A stretch of 62,165 nucleotides of DNA, filler included, from Dimorphilus gyrociliatus (GCA_904063045.1; 4 parts of 4 records of this genome joined end to end with filler, not necessarily neighbours in it); one strand, 5' to 3'; shown: positions 25,969 through 40,074, numbered from the whole stretch's first letter. The notes: generated from the sequence alone by a model not told the origin. Numbers and translations: made by a program.

Positions 25969-26609
25969 CCAAACCACAATTCTTTCGATTTTGAACTTAT
26001 TTTTTGTGGTTATATGGTCTCTATCAAATGCAATACCATTTATTCTTAATACTCTTTTAACTCTTGGAGACTGATCTATTTCAAAGATTGTCTCATCTGA
26101 GAAAAGAACCAGATTCCAATAATGAGCTGCATATCCAAGACACAAAATTGAAATTCTGAGCCTTTTGATTGCTTGTTCTGGTTTTATTCTAGGCTTTATT
26201 CTGGCAATTCTGGAATGTATTCCTACCTTTTTGAGATATTTTCTTGTTGTTGTTTTGCACACACTTATTTCTGTTTTTTAATAGAAAATATCAGAAATTT
26301 CATCTAAACTAGCGCTTTTGTTTTTGTCTGTTATATATAAGCACATTCAAGCTTCGAGAATCGACTTTTTTCGCACACCTGGGACCTTCTTTTTCTTACC
26401 TGGATTTGACATTCGCGCAACTCCATCGAGATACGTGTAACAGTTGATTTGGAAACCCATGTTGCAGGTTCAATCTCTGGTTGTGTATATCTAACATTTG
26501 AGAAAACAAAATAACACCTTTAGTAAATTCTTTCATGTGTTTCGCCATCTCTGATGGGACACCTATTTATTTCTTGAATAGTACGTTTGGCAGCAAATTA
26601 CAGGCACTG
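25960..26609 (-). mobile_element. Truncated Tc1/mariner element
   Basis: CAGTG end at ~26609, start MAKHMK at 26548, GIHSRIARIKP..WNLVLFSDETIF..IVVW; the C-terminal half is missing. Confidence 0.8.
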
Positions 26610-27338
26610 ATGTTTTTTTCATTTCCAAAAAAGGTAATAAAAGTGGCTTCAAACCATATCACCAGAAAAAAAGAAAAACAAATAAGCTTTCATAAAAATT
26701 AATACTGTGTTAATAAGTTTAATCTCAGTTTGATGGTGGTTACCAATAATCCACTTTCCTATTTTGTCAAAAATTGACATATTAAATTGATCTAGATAAG
26801 CTATGGTGTAAATCTATCAAAATATAACTTCATTTTTGTTGCCAATTCAAAATAAAAGTATATCTTCTTGGAATACACCATATTTTAAATTCTGCCTGTT
26901 CTGTTTACAGAAGGATTTTTGAATAATTTAGCATCTGTCCTTATTTTTTGATTCATAATTTTGTGTTTCCAAAATAGAATGAAGAACAATATTTTCAAAT
27001 ATCTGTAAGTTTTGAGCTTTAGGATTTAACATGGTATCTGACCCAAGGTACATCAATCTGTGGACAGATCATGTTGTTATGAATAAGAACATACTAGACC
27101 TGCATTTATTTATCCATTTTTCAATTGTTAATGATTTCATGATATTTTTGTGCAGTTATTTACTCAGTGATCTTAAATCCAAGTTTTGAACTTTTTAGAA
27201 AATTTCTTGTGGTTAAAGAACATGACAAAGATAAAAAATAGAGTGAACACTGACAACATCTCAAGGTTTTTTGAAATTCATGGATATATATTAAACATAG
27301 TACTTTAATCATTAAAATATGAAATTGAATAAACATGA

Positions 27339-27438
27339 NNNNNNNNNNNNNNNNNNNNNNNNNNNNNNNNNNNNNNNNNNNNTTAATTAATTAANNNNNN
27401 NNNNNNNNNNNNNNNNNNNNNNNNNNNNNNNNNNNNNN
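27339..27438. other. Artificial contig linker
   Basis: 44 N + TTAATTAATTAA (stops in all frames) + 44 N. Confidence 0.98.
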
Positions 27439-30281
27439 AAAAATTTCATTTAAATGTAAATCTATATTGAAAAACAAGTTAATAGAAAACTTTTTATATA
27501 TACAACTTTAGGTTTACCATATAAATTGTGTATTGATTATTTGTAAACAACTTTAAAAGAAAGACAAACTTTTTTCAAGTTTTACAATTAAATGACCAGT
27601 GTTTTCAAGTAAAGTTTTTTGATATCAAGGTATTGTCAATTATTTTCAATAATATAATTCTGAGCAAAGCTGCAGAAGCTGGTTTGCATTAATTTCACCT
27701 GTTTTAAAATTTTCCCAAATTAAGAAAAGATCTTTTTGAATTTGGCTATAAGTCTTCCTTTGAAGTCTAATTATCTTTCCCTCACTTAAGAGCTTTTTGT
27801 ACAGATTTATCATGTCTGCTTCCCTCTTTAACTCATCAATCACTAAATAAAAAGAAACATTTTCTCCAACAATTTTATTGAGCCTTTGATGATAACCTTC
27901 CAGATCATTATTTGTCCTTATGCTTTGATCAAAAACAGACCAAGTCTCTGGAGACCAAAATGTATTTTTTATCCAACTATTAGACACATAGTCCAACAAA
28001 TCAGACAGTTTATTTTCTTTTGTCAGTTGATTTTGAATTTTAGTGAATTGATTTTCAATCATGCCATGAGGCAAATATGGCAAAGACATAATCATTCTCA
28101 TGGATTCCCAAGCTCCCTCTTTTTTTCTAAATTCCCTGCTATAACCAAGTTCCTTAAACAAAAAAAATATTAATTGGATTGTTAAAAATTTTAGAAATCA
28201 ATAAACCTGAATTTTTCTAAATATTGCCTGAGACCAGTGAAATGAACATCCAGTCAAGACAGCATCAGGCCATATATTTTGTAAAGTTTTCCAAACAGCC
28301 TTTTCATAGTCTAAGACTATTTTCTTAGGAGCACAATTTTCAGCTAAATCCTTCACAGCCTTAAAAATTTAACATGATTGCTTATTAGTAAGTATATTTA
28401 TGAAATGTAATTCTTACCTGGAAAAGTAGTTTATATGCTCTCTTTTTTTTAGAAGACAGAAAAGAAAAAAGCAAAGGAACTTGCTTAAGCTGTCCATTTT
28501 TTTCAAAAATACATGAATAGAGTACATTTGAATGAAAGGTTCATTGGCAATCTTAAAAGTACCATCAAGGTACCAAATTTTCCCCTTTGACAAAAGCTCC
28601 AATTGATGATTTGTTGCAAAGATAATGATCCTCTCATTATTCATATTTATATCCTTCTTTAAAAATTCAGGAGGAATGAATGTCATATTCAGCTCAAAGT
28701 TTTTATCATTGGGTACAATAGGCCTGTTCTTCCTTCTATTCCAATTTGCCACTTCTTTACAATTAATTATATTTGGTAAGTTTGAAGCACTAGAATACTT
28801 GACAAGAACATTTTCAGCAATTCTTTTACCTGAAGAATTTATATCACTAGAACAATTGTCTTTGATTTCATTTCTTATACGAATCCTGGTTTCTAAATTT
28901 TTTATTGGTGAATGACAATGAATGTTTGTCCCAATTGCAAAATTGCTTCCTTTTTGATTGATGCTTGCTTTACATTTTCTTTTTTTGCTTCTGACAGAAC
29001 AAGTCCATACAGTAGTTGTTTTTGTTTTTAATTTAATAGTATATGAAAAACCTTTGTGAAAAAGTAAGTCTTTGCCTTTTTGACTTCCATGTGGCAGAAT
29101 TTTTAAATGAAAATTGTCAGAAGAATTTTCTTTGGCAGATGTTTCACTTTCAAAAGATTCTTCCTCAATTTTTTCAGATTCTATATATGCATTTTGAATT
29201 GTTTCAAAATTTTCAACTTCAATTTCATTATCATATTCAATATCACTTCCATTAATGATATTTCCTTTGTCAACCTTTGTGTTTATACTTTCATCATTAT
29301 TGTCATTGCTACTCCATGATATAGATAACCTCAATTCTTCTGTGAACTCTTCAGTACTCTTTTCTTGTCCTTGATTATTGTCTCCTTTCTCATCAATTTT
29401 TAATTTTTCCTCAGTCATGCTGATATTCTCCTCAATATTCTTTTCTGGATATTCAACAATTGCTTCTTCCTTCTCATTAAGTTTTGCAGTAGAATTACTT
29501 TTTATTGGTACACTTTCCCTGCATTTTTTTGGTTCATCAATTCTCTTTAACATCACAAAACAGGTTTTTTTAGTTATTTTATAACAAATAAAACAGAGTG
29601 GTGATGCTGTTGATGAATCTGGAAAAAAAAAAAACAGTAAATGTTTTTCAAATAGAAGATAGTACAAACCATGCAGACATTTTATATCACAAATATGCAG
29701 GCACAATGAGCATTGGCCTTTTATTTGCCTATCAACAAATTTATCATTGCAAATAGAACACTTGTCCATTATTCAATATTTTTTCTAAAACTTTGGAGAA
29801 AAAGAAGAGCTAAACTAAAATTAATAAATGAATTTGTCATATCATTATTATGATTATTTATGTAACAATTAGTATTTTGACAATAACATTGAAAAAAAAC
29901 TTCATTAACAAATAAAATTGCTAAATTTATGTTAGATTGATTATTAATAAAATAATCAATAAGTTTTTAATCACAGAGATTATTAAGAACAAAAAAAACC
30001 TCTAAAAATTAAAAATTTCATATTACCTCAAGAGAGTGAAAATAGAAGAGGAAGTTGATATTTTGTATCTCTTTTCCTGAAGATTTCTTCATTTCTACCA
30101 GTTTTTTTAAAGTTTTGTGTTAATTTTTTTCAACATATATTTATATTTAAATGAAAATTTCTTTATTTTATGTGTTCTTTTGATTCATGGATGTTTTCTT
30201 TCAGTTCATGGACGTTTTCTTTCGGTTTATGGACGTTTTCTTTCATGGATGTTTTCTTTCATGGACGTTTTCTGTCGCATC
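27439..30281 (-). mobile_element. Mutator-like (MULE) DNA transposon; one terminus present, the other lost at the contig end
   Basis: Contains the MULE transposase. Terminus GGATGCGACAGAAAACGTCC (minus strand, ending 30281) with subterminal GGA(C/T)GTTTTCT repeats at 30185-30270. Confidence 0.8.
27646..29769 (-). CDS. Spliced PHD-like + FLYWCH + MULE transposase
   Basis: CSIC..CSLC..CFIC. FHKGFSY..WTCSVR..CKAS..HCH. WYLDGTFK..PFIQMYSIH. RTNNDLEGYHQRLN. GT-AG introns at 29619-29669, 28360-28417 and 28153-28206. Confidence 0.88.
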
Positions 30282-31052
30282 CGAAACTCCAGGACCAGTA
30301 GATTGATCATTTCAAATAGTTGAAATTAAAGATTATTTACAATTTTACATTTCAACTGGACAATTAATTCTGAGTTGTAAAATTTAGACAGACTACTCCC
30401 TCCAAAGGTTTAAAACTTGATAAATAAGTTTTATAAATAAGCCTATAGTAGGTAATTTTTTATAGTTGTTCTATTGTACATTGTTGTCATTGATTAAGAG
30501 AAGCATTAAGAATAGAGCTGTTTGTCAGATTTATGAAAAGAAATGATTTCAAAAAAAGAGTGTATTGTAACATGATTGAAAAAACAAGGATTGGCTGTAA
30601 AAATATTTTTATTGGCCTACAGTTTATACATTATCAGATCAGTGTTATTACAGTCAACTGTTAGTATCTTCTCTGTTTTTTAACTGGATTTAGTCCCTAA
30701 TTTAACTGATAGAATATGCATTGAATAAATGAGTTGTAATCTAACAATACACTTTAGAGATTTTCACCCAGAATACTTTAAATTTTTTATTAAAACAACA
30801 AGCGCCACCTATCGGTTTGCTACTATTCAAAACAATTCAAGCAATTAATGAAAAGATGATCTGTATTTAACCTATTTATTATCCAGTCAATTCAATTACT
30901 ACCAGTTTATTAGCTCATTAGAACAAAATACAATTTCTTATTGAGAAAACTGGTTAGATGAAATATTCCAATTATCTGGTAGGCCTATTTTGTCAAAAAA
31001 TTATAAAAGATGGAAAAAATGACATTACCCTTGCTGCTTCGACTAAGGTAGC

Positions 31053-33191
31053 ATGATTAGATGTCTTATCATTATCCCTATCCTTATCATTTTCTCTACA
31101 CCTTGCAAACAAGCAAACAAGCAATCAACTGTTGTTGGTAAAATTTCTATAAATACAAATGGAAATCGTCTAGTATTCGATAGCCAATCGGCATTGAGTG
31201 ATAAAAGTTTAATTGGTTCATTATATATATTTCAAAATCGCCAATACAATATTATTAAATTTCAACCGCTGAAACAAAGTATAATTAATGAGCTGTGTCA
31301 ACAATTTGGATTCGATTTCCTTCATTCAATCACCTACCCAAAGCTTTTACCATCAAATGCTTTTCCACACTTTCAATTTGAAATGAAGAATAACACTTTT
31401 AAATTGTCAGATTTCGTATCTAATTTGCATATTATTATTATTATTATATTTTCATACAAAGCATTTACTATTTTTTTTAAGTAAACGAATTGTTAATACA
31501 ACAAATATTGGATTCAGTTTGAGGTGTTTCAACCCATATCGGCCATGTTTGTTTTTTTTTATTTGTTTACATTTTATTATTTTTCAAATTTGCTTAACTC
31601 AACAGATTTATTTGCTGTTGAAGATCAACCCAATTTTTATCTACTCTTTTTTAGACACCAAAAAATCAACTATAGAACGCATTTCGATTTAAAATTCAAA
31701 AATGAACTATGCTCACAGTCTCAATTTATACTAATTTCTTATAAAACTACACTACCAGTTTCCATTCTGAAGATGTCGATAATTTTTCCAAATTTCTTCT
31801 ATCTCATAAATAGTTCGAATATTGATACTACTCAGGAACGAAATGCGTGCGTGTTTAATCAGCTCAAAGGTAGACTATTTTGCTCAAACTTTTGAAATTT
31901 TTTTAAAATTTACCTTAATACAAAAAAAAATCCAACAGATTTAACAGTTTACGAAACAACTAATGAAACTACTCAAATACTTGCGAATGCATTCAATTAC
32001 TTAAAAGTCGTACCGCAATTTTTCCTCTTTTCAAAATCGTATGGTTACCTTCCGCCATTATACAATTCAAATGATTTGGTTAACAATGTTTATCCTTCTC
32101 TACTATTTTGCCCCTTGATTGGTAAGCGGCTGAGTAGTGTCATTGATAATTATCATTTTTTCAATGATAATTTCCAACCGGAAGTACAATTAGACAGTGT
32201 ACTGTATTCCTTCAAAAATTTATGAAAATCTATTAGTATATCTTTTTTTTCTTTTATGCAGATTATCATCTTAAAGAATTGCAAAGATTTGAATTTTTCA
32301 AATTGTAAACTAGTTAAAAAGTACTTGAGTAGTGTTGAAAAATTGTCATTAAATAAACAATTTACAATTCCAAAGTTGAGTTGCCAAAGTTTTAAAGGTT
32401 AACCATTTTAGGATAAAAGAATTAGTGTATTCTTTTTTGTTCCTTTAGAAGAGAAACGGCGGAAAAATGATTTAAAAATGATATTCTTTATGGTTGACAA
32501 ACAATTGAACAGAGTAGAAGGTTTATTGTTGGCATATTCGCCATATTTGAGAAGAATCTACTCAGTTCAATATAACAATTTCATTGGAATTGAATATCAG
32601 AATGATTTATGTAATAAATTCGGTTTTGATCATCTACATTCGATTAGCGTACCGTCATTGAGTAGTTTAACTCCTCACCAACGTTACGTCGTTAAAATTA
32701 AGGAAAATACTTTACACTTGTATATATCTATTTATGCTATTTTTAGATATTATTCATACTCTTCCTTTTCTTGGATAGAGAGAAGAGAAACGTCCAAAAA
32801 CTACAAAGTTTCAAACTAATTTGCTTTCTAAAATCTAATATATGTACACTTTATTGTTTTTTTATAAATCTTATATAGGCCTAACAATCTATGTATTATC
32901 TTTCCAGATTTGTTTGCAGTACTATCAAATGAGCATCTATATTCAATCTATTTGAGAAAGAACTCTATGAATATTAGAGTAAATTTTCATAAAAGCTTAA
33001 AAAACAATTTATGCCCTTCAACAGCTTTTTTAATATTGAATTCGTTTAATTTTACAATGAGAAATATCTCAATGACAATTCAAAACTTTACCAGTTTACA
33101 TTTCTCCATTAATAGTTCTTATTCAGTAGAATATGGTCCAGACTATTATTCGTATTGCACCTACACTGAACTTCAAGGTAAAAATGCTTAA
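31053..33191 (+). CDS. Secreted-protein exons with divergent SRCR-like modules (multi-exon, structure uncertain)
   Basis: Signal-peptide-like MIRCLIIIPILIIFS. Repeated module GSLYIF...ELCQQFGFDFLHSI / GLLLAY...DLCNKFGFDHLHSI. Confidence 0.45.
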
Positions 33192-33554
33192 TAAATAAAT
33201 ATTATTTAAATATATAACAAAATGGCCGCCATGTTTTTATTTTAAATTAGATATTAAAGCAATCACTAAAGGTTCATTACAAAAATTATCAATTTTCTAT
33301 TTCAATTCCAAGTCATTTGGTTCCGTTCCTTTGATCTTTGAGAATTTTTCCCTAACCCAATTTAATTTAGGCCTATTCATATGTTCCCGATTTAAAAATT
33401 CAAATGGTCCCTATTTTCCGTTTAAGCGAATTTTAAAAAAGAATAATTTAAAACTATTTAAAAATGTAAAAAGAAAAAAAATTTCATTTTTCTATTGAAA
33501 ATTCAACCTTTTTTTTGTTTATATTTTGGGCGAAAATAGAGGAGAATACTCTTC

Positions 33555-34706
33555 TTGAAAGATTGTTATCAGTTGAGTGATGTCAGTGAAAATTACAATT
33601 GTAATCTGGATTATAGAAGTAGGATATCAGAAATTAAAGAAAATAGTTTAATCTTTCCTCAAGTTGAATGCAAAACTGGTAAAAAAAATTTCTCTCCTTT
33701 TCTTCTCCTTTTTCAAAATAAACAAACATTGACAATTGACTTTATTAAAATAGATAAAAGAAAGTTGAAAATGAGGTTAACTGGTTCACAATTTTCAATA
33801 GAATTGAATGATGTTCATTATATGCCAAAGTTTGAGGGATATTTTCAAATATACTTAAATGGAAGATGGAGAAATGTTGCAGTAAAATATTCCAAATTAA
33901 ACCATATATGTTCAATGTTCAAATTTTATGGAGGAAGATTGATAAGAGTATTAAACAAAAATTTCAAATATGAGAAATTGCCAATCAGAATGAGTTGTAT
34001 GCAAGCTGAAAGTTTTTCAAATTGTTCCCTAATACCTTTGGAAGAAGGGAAAGAAGAAGATGATGGAAAAGAAAAATCCACACTTCAGTTCCAGTGCATA
34101 AGAAACATGTCAGGCTGTAAGTAAAATGAAATGTTCACCTCAACGACAGTTACATAAATTTTACTAGATGCGATTGGCAAAAGATATTTACCAGTTATCT
34201 TTGGCAATTCAAAATCACAATTATTATCTGGTAGAGATCATACAAATCAACACTTTATTGGTCATTTTAAAATTCAGTACAAGGGTAAAGTGAGTTTAAT
34301 AAAAAATTTCAATTATGACAATATGCAAACGTGGTGTCGACATTTCAATTTCAATTTTGGAACATTTGTTAAAAATGATGAATATATACAAAAAAAAATT
34401 TTTGATGATTCGACAAAAAAAAAAATACACATAATAAATAATTTTGAAGAAATAGATAAAATCAAATTAGTGGGAACAAGTTTTAAAAGAGGTCTTGCTA
34501 GAGGATCAATACATGTTCACACTTTTAAATGTCCAAGCCACTCTAAAGATTTAAGAGATTGTACCTTTAAATATTTCGTGAACAAAGTATATATATATGA
34601 AACTCATAACAACAATATACCCTTTTCTGTAGAATGTAGAAGGAACTCTCAAGGTAAAACATTCCATTTTTCTCACCATTTTTTATTCTACATTCATCAG
34701 AAATGA
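33555..34706 (+). CDS. Exons encoding two SRCR-like domains
   Basis: FEGYFQIYLNGRWRNV..ICSMF..MSC..FSNC and WCRHFNF..FKCPSHSKDLRDC follow the SRCR Cys pattern. Confidence 0.6.
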
Positions 34707-37700
34707 AATGCTCCCACCCAAAAATGATTAGCCTATATGGCATCTGCTATAGATTCTATCAATTTCAACAGTTTACCTCAGGGGAGAGCTTAAGATTATT
34801 TTGCCAAAAGAGACAAATGACTTTACCAGATTTTCCAACAATCCACAAGGATTTTTTTAGTGTTTTTTTCTCAGTTTACTTTGATAAGATCAAGGTTAAG
34901 GCTGGGGGTGATACTATGTATACTGTTACAAAAGGAGAAATAATGGGATATCTTATTCAAGGTTTTTGTTTTGGTTTCCATAGCAAACAATGCAACAGCC
35001 TTTGTTTTAAACAAAAACCATTATTTTCAAAATAGTTGCACATAGGAAGAAAATTAAGGAGATTGAGCAAATGGTTACTGATGGAAATTATCCTTTAGCC
35101 TATATTAGGCCTAATTATTTGCAAAAGGTAAGATATGGTTGTTCAGGCCCAATGGTTGGCCAAATTTTTCAATCTCCAGTCTTCAGCATCTCAACTACAA
35201 AATAACCGTTTCTTTTCAACAGAAAAATGGCCTTGACATTAACATGAATAATGAATATAAGCATTCTATATTTTCAACCGATACAACAATCCTCTTTGAA
35301 ATATCACGTGATATTTACAAAACTGTTTCCGTTCCTTGTTATAAAAAGTTTACTGAAACGGTTGTTTGTCAACAAGTTCCCGGTTTGAATATTTAAACTT
35401 TTAAATATCTTTTTCTAACATATTCATTCATTTGTTTGTTTGTTTCTTTTTTGAGGTCAGAATGGAACAGAACTCAAAATACATTCCATTCAGTCCATTT
35501 TGAAGAAATGACGTGTTTGCACAACTTTTTATGTTCTATAGACAAAATTTGCATAAATATCTTATATGTTTGTGACGGAGTAGCTGACTGTCCATCAGAA
35601 GAGGATGAAAATATTTGTGTTGAACATTCAAACGGCCAAATAGAGAGATTTGACTGTCAAGACGAAAAGGGACAATTAATTCGTTATCAACTAGTTTGCA
35701 ATTTTATTAATGATTGCCAAAACGGATATGACGAAATATTTTGCAGTTTGAAAATTTGAAAATTGCAAATTAACATAGGCTTTTAATCCATTTTTCAACA
35801 GATAGGGAAAAATGTCCAGACAGTTATAGGTCTTAGAATTCAAATAGACTTATGTAAATTAAGTAAGTCACATGACTAACATTAACACAATCGTCACAAT
35901 GTAGACCTTGTAAAAATGGCCAATGCGTACCATTTGAAATGGTTTGTAATAATGAAAAGAACTGTTTTGACGGTTCGGATGAATATTGTTGGTCGGATAG
36001 TGCAATAGATAATTCTTACAAAACTGGTAAACATTTTTTTTTATTTTATTAAAGATATTTAAATATTTAAAATAAATTGCAGAATGCAATGAAAAAGCTC
36101 AATTTCGTTGCCAAGAATTCTGTTTTCCAAAATCATTCATCTGCGATGGAATTTACAATTGCATGAACATTGAAGACGAATCTGACAAACTGCATTGCTC
36201 TGACAAACAAATTCATAAAAATATAAGCAAAGAAACTGATGTGTCATCATTTGGAAATTTAAATGTTCAAATACCAAATATTTATAGATTTGTAAATGAA
36301 ACTAGACCCAGCTGCAGAGTTGGATTCTATAAATGTCATTACCAAGAATTTTGTGTCTCTATTAGATTTCTTTGCGACGGCATTTATCATTGTTTCTTTA
36401 AAGATGATGAAAATAATTGCGGTAATATCCGAACAATTCAAAAAAATTCAAAATTTTTAACGTTTTTTGCTTGTTTTTATCATTTAAAAGATAGTTTAAC
36501 CTTTCAAGGTTATTTCAAATGTAAGAATGAAATTTCCCATATAGATCTGTCAATGGTTTGTAATGGTATAGTAGATTGCCTATTTGGCAGTGACGAAATA
36601 GCCTGCGCTAGTCAACCAAAACTGGTAGAAAAATTTTGTACACGACACATACCTTACGTAATCGAGTGCAAAAGTTTAAACAAAAAGACAAAACAGATAA
36701 TAGAAATAGAATTGAATTCTATTTATAGAAAAATTTCTATAACTGGAAATTTAAAAGTCAAAAATTCAAATATTTTAAAAAATACTATTGTTTGTCAAAT
36801 TGTAAAAAACCGTTTTTTAAAAGAATTCCAACTTTTAATTCCCAATGTTGTTCATTTAAATTTAAATTCAAATAATTTAACAGATTTAAACATTTTAAAT
36901 TATTCTTATCAGTATATCTTACAATATTTAGACGTATCCCATAATCCAATTTCTAGTTTGACACTAATAGCCAATCTTGACGCTACTCAACTACTATATT
37001 TGGATATTTCTTATACAAAGATCTCAGTTTTGAAAACAAAACATTTTCGCAAAAAAATCAAGTTAATGATATTAAAAATGTCAAAATGTTCATTAAAAAT
37101 TGTCCAAATGGATTTTGGAATATATTTGAAGAATTTAATTCAAATTCATTTCAATATGACGCAATTTCCGGAAAATTATCGCCTTGTTATAAGGAATGTT
37201 AAGAATTTGGAAAAATTCTTTAGCAATTCCTACCAACAGTGTTGTTTAATATGGAAAAATATTAATGAAAATGTCGTATGCGAACCGGCGAGTTCATTGT
37301 TCAGTACCTGTTCGAATATCCTTAGTTCAGTATTACTAAAATCAATGTTTTGGGGTTGTGGATCAGTTGGGATTATTGCAAATTTATCATCATTATTCAT
37401 CATTTGCCTGTCCAAAAAGAAGGGCAAATATTATAGATGCAGCCTAACAATCGGCGATTTTTTAACATCAATTTTTCTATTTATGATCTCATTGATTGAC
37501 TTTCACTTTCAGGAAAGATATTTAGAGAATGAGAAATATTGGAAAACTAGCCATTTATGTAAAATTAATGGAATTTTAATGACTAGTGGGTTGATTATTT
37601 CAAATTTTAGCCTATTTTCAATGACTATTGAAAGGATTTTTGTCATTAAAAATCCATTTAATAGATCTCTGATTGTTAAATATTCTTATATTATCGCCTG

Positions 37701-38374
37701 TACAATTCCAATATTTGGAACTTTAACCAGTTTATTACCACTCTATTTATACAAAGTCTGGTTCTTTTTCTATAAACATTTCAATGATCAATAATTAATT
37801 AATTAATGCTTTAGAATTATTATTCACATTTTTCAATTTGTTTCAATATTCAAATTGGAGGTAGGAAGACTGAAGGATGGATTTTTTCATTCATTATTTT
37901 TGGCCTATTCCAATTCCTAACCAGTCTAATAGTCCTTATTGTTAATATTATCTTATCAAGAATTATAATCAATTCCCTAAGGCTGAAATGTACACAAAAT
38001 AAAAAAACCATCAAAAAATCATTTCTAGTAACAATCTTCACGAACGTTTTGTGTTGGTTTCCACTTTCAATTTTAGGTAAAATATTCAAAAAAAGAACTA
38101 AATAATTTAGTAATAAAAACTGGTAGAAATGTTTCAAATTCTTTTTTGTCCTTTATCAGTGATTTTAACATCAATAGTGGAAATAACAATAACAAACAAC
38201 ATTAAGATAATGATTATAGTGTTCTTAATTCCAATTAATTCAGTTCTTAATCCGCTTATATTCTCATTATCCACTTTATATGGCTATTATATCACTCAAA
38301 AGGATATTTTGCTTAACAGAGGGTTAGCCAAGGAGATATTTTTCTCAGGTTCGACAGAAAGCGTCCACAAATGA
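34703..38374 (+). CDS. GRL101/relaxin-receptor-like LGR: C-lectin-like, LDLa repeats, LRRs, rhodopsin-type 7TM (multi-exon)
   Basis: LYGICYRF..FCQK (CTL-like). VCDGVADCPSEEDE, CNFINDCQNGYDE, CDGIYHC..DDE, CNGIVDCLFGSDE (LDLa). LNLNSNNL, LDVSHNPI, LDISYTKI (LRR). SLTIGDFL..W..S.LC..G..S..L..MTIER..I.NPF and INSVLNPLIF (LGR 7TM). Confidence 0.85.
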
Positions 38375-38551
38375 GAAATTTCAAGACTAGATTTTGGATT
38401 GGGAAATGGTTAGGGAGAAGAAGACAGCAACTGATTTGTACTTAGGAGGGTCTCCTCTAAGGGTTAGGGGTAATGGAATAATTTAGGTACAGCCAAGGGC
38501 TGGGCTAGGGTTAGGGTCAAAGCACTCATTGTGGAAATTGCTGTCGCATCC
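38347..38551 (+). mobile_element. MITE (Mutator-type), copy 1
   Basis: TIR GACAGAAAGCGTCCACAAATGAG / CTCATTGTGG..CTGTC. 9-bp TSD ATTTTTCTC/ATTTCTCTC. Reverse-complement homolog of 40075-40287. Confidence 0.85.
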
Positions 38552-40074
38552 ATTTCTCTCTCTTCATATTTGCAAAACAAAAGTAATTCCTTTATCTTTT
38601 AGGAAGAGGAATAAAAAGAAACTTGAATTTATCCTAAAACAGAAATGCAAGTATTTCCAACAGTTTCAAACTCCATCTGGTGTCTAATTCAAGTATTGAT
38701 TTTTATTAGTCATTTCCTGTATAACTGAATATGATAAGAATCACGTGTGCTATTTTCAATTATACAATTCTACTTCTTGCTTACCAATTGAACATCATCT
38801 ATTGATTGACTTTAATTATTTCAAATGTATTAAAGAGACTTGTATTGCCTGTTGCTTTTTACATTCTCAGGAGATATCCTTTAAAGGCCAATTAACATTT
38901 GAAAATATCATATATCACGTGATCATACAAAATAATTGACATTATTGAAAATGATAGAGGAAATTAAAAAAATATATATATATTTCTTTTTTTCAGGAGA
39001 AACAAAGAAAATTTTATGTCTATTGGAGGAAATATTCACCATTTATGAATTCAATAGAAATGTATGATATGTTTGTTTATGGAAGATTTATTCAAATGAT
39101 TATGAATTTGAAAAAAAGTACAATTCCAGTTTTTTGTTTACACAAAACTAATCTTTGATACTTTTCCAAACAATTTGAAAATATATGTTTTTATGATTTA
39201 TGTATTATTCATTTCTCTAATCTAGTATTGTCCACCTGAAATATTGTCACCAACTACTGGTTGAAGATTTTCATAACAATAAATTCAATAATTTCACTCT
39301 TTCTTCTATTCTTTAGATTTATTAAAAATCAAAAATCTAGCCAGAAAAAACAAGTTCTAACAAGCTTTTTTATAGAGAATATATATTTAGTTCATGATTA
39401 TCCAAGGATTAGGTCTTGGGGTTAGGGTTGGGTTAGGTTCAAGGTCTTTGTTGCAAAGAGAGCTCTTCTTTTTTGATTCCCTGATTTATTCAGGTTTTCT
39501 AACCTTGGCCTTGAAACTTTTCAGACCATACTTAGAATATAGAATTTTTATCGAACAGTACTGGAAGTAATCTTTGGGAAGATAAATTTGTGAATGATTG
39601 AAATTATAAGGTTCTATTTGTTTCAGTACTTTGGTGAATTGGTTCTATAAATCAGAGAGATTTAAATAAAAGTCATTCAAATAAATGGTGAAGATTCAAA
39701 GGAGAAAATCATTTAAAAGTCTAAGAAGAGCATTAATCTAATTGGCCCAAGTAGAAGAAAAAAGGCAAGTAGCCTCTGCTTAAGCAAAATGGCTGCCAAG
39801 GCTTTCTTCATTCAAAAAGACAATCAAATATATTTTCAATTGGATTCATAATTTATTTTTGTTCAATTTATCTGTCTATGGCAAATACTGTAAAATATGG
39901 TTAGACAAGTTTTTTTATTAGTTGACAAAGTTCAATTTCAATTGTGAACTTTACATTCAGATCAAAAAATCAATGTTGATTATACCTTCAACATTTAAAA
40001 ATTCAATCAGCTGTCTTGTTTCTCCAATTAACAATATTATCAAAGAAAGGAACAGATGCCTATAATGTTTAAAC

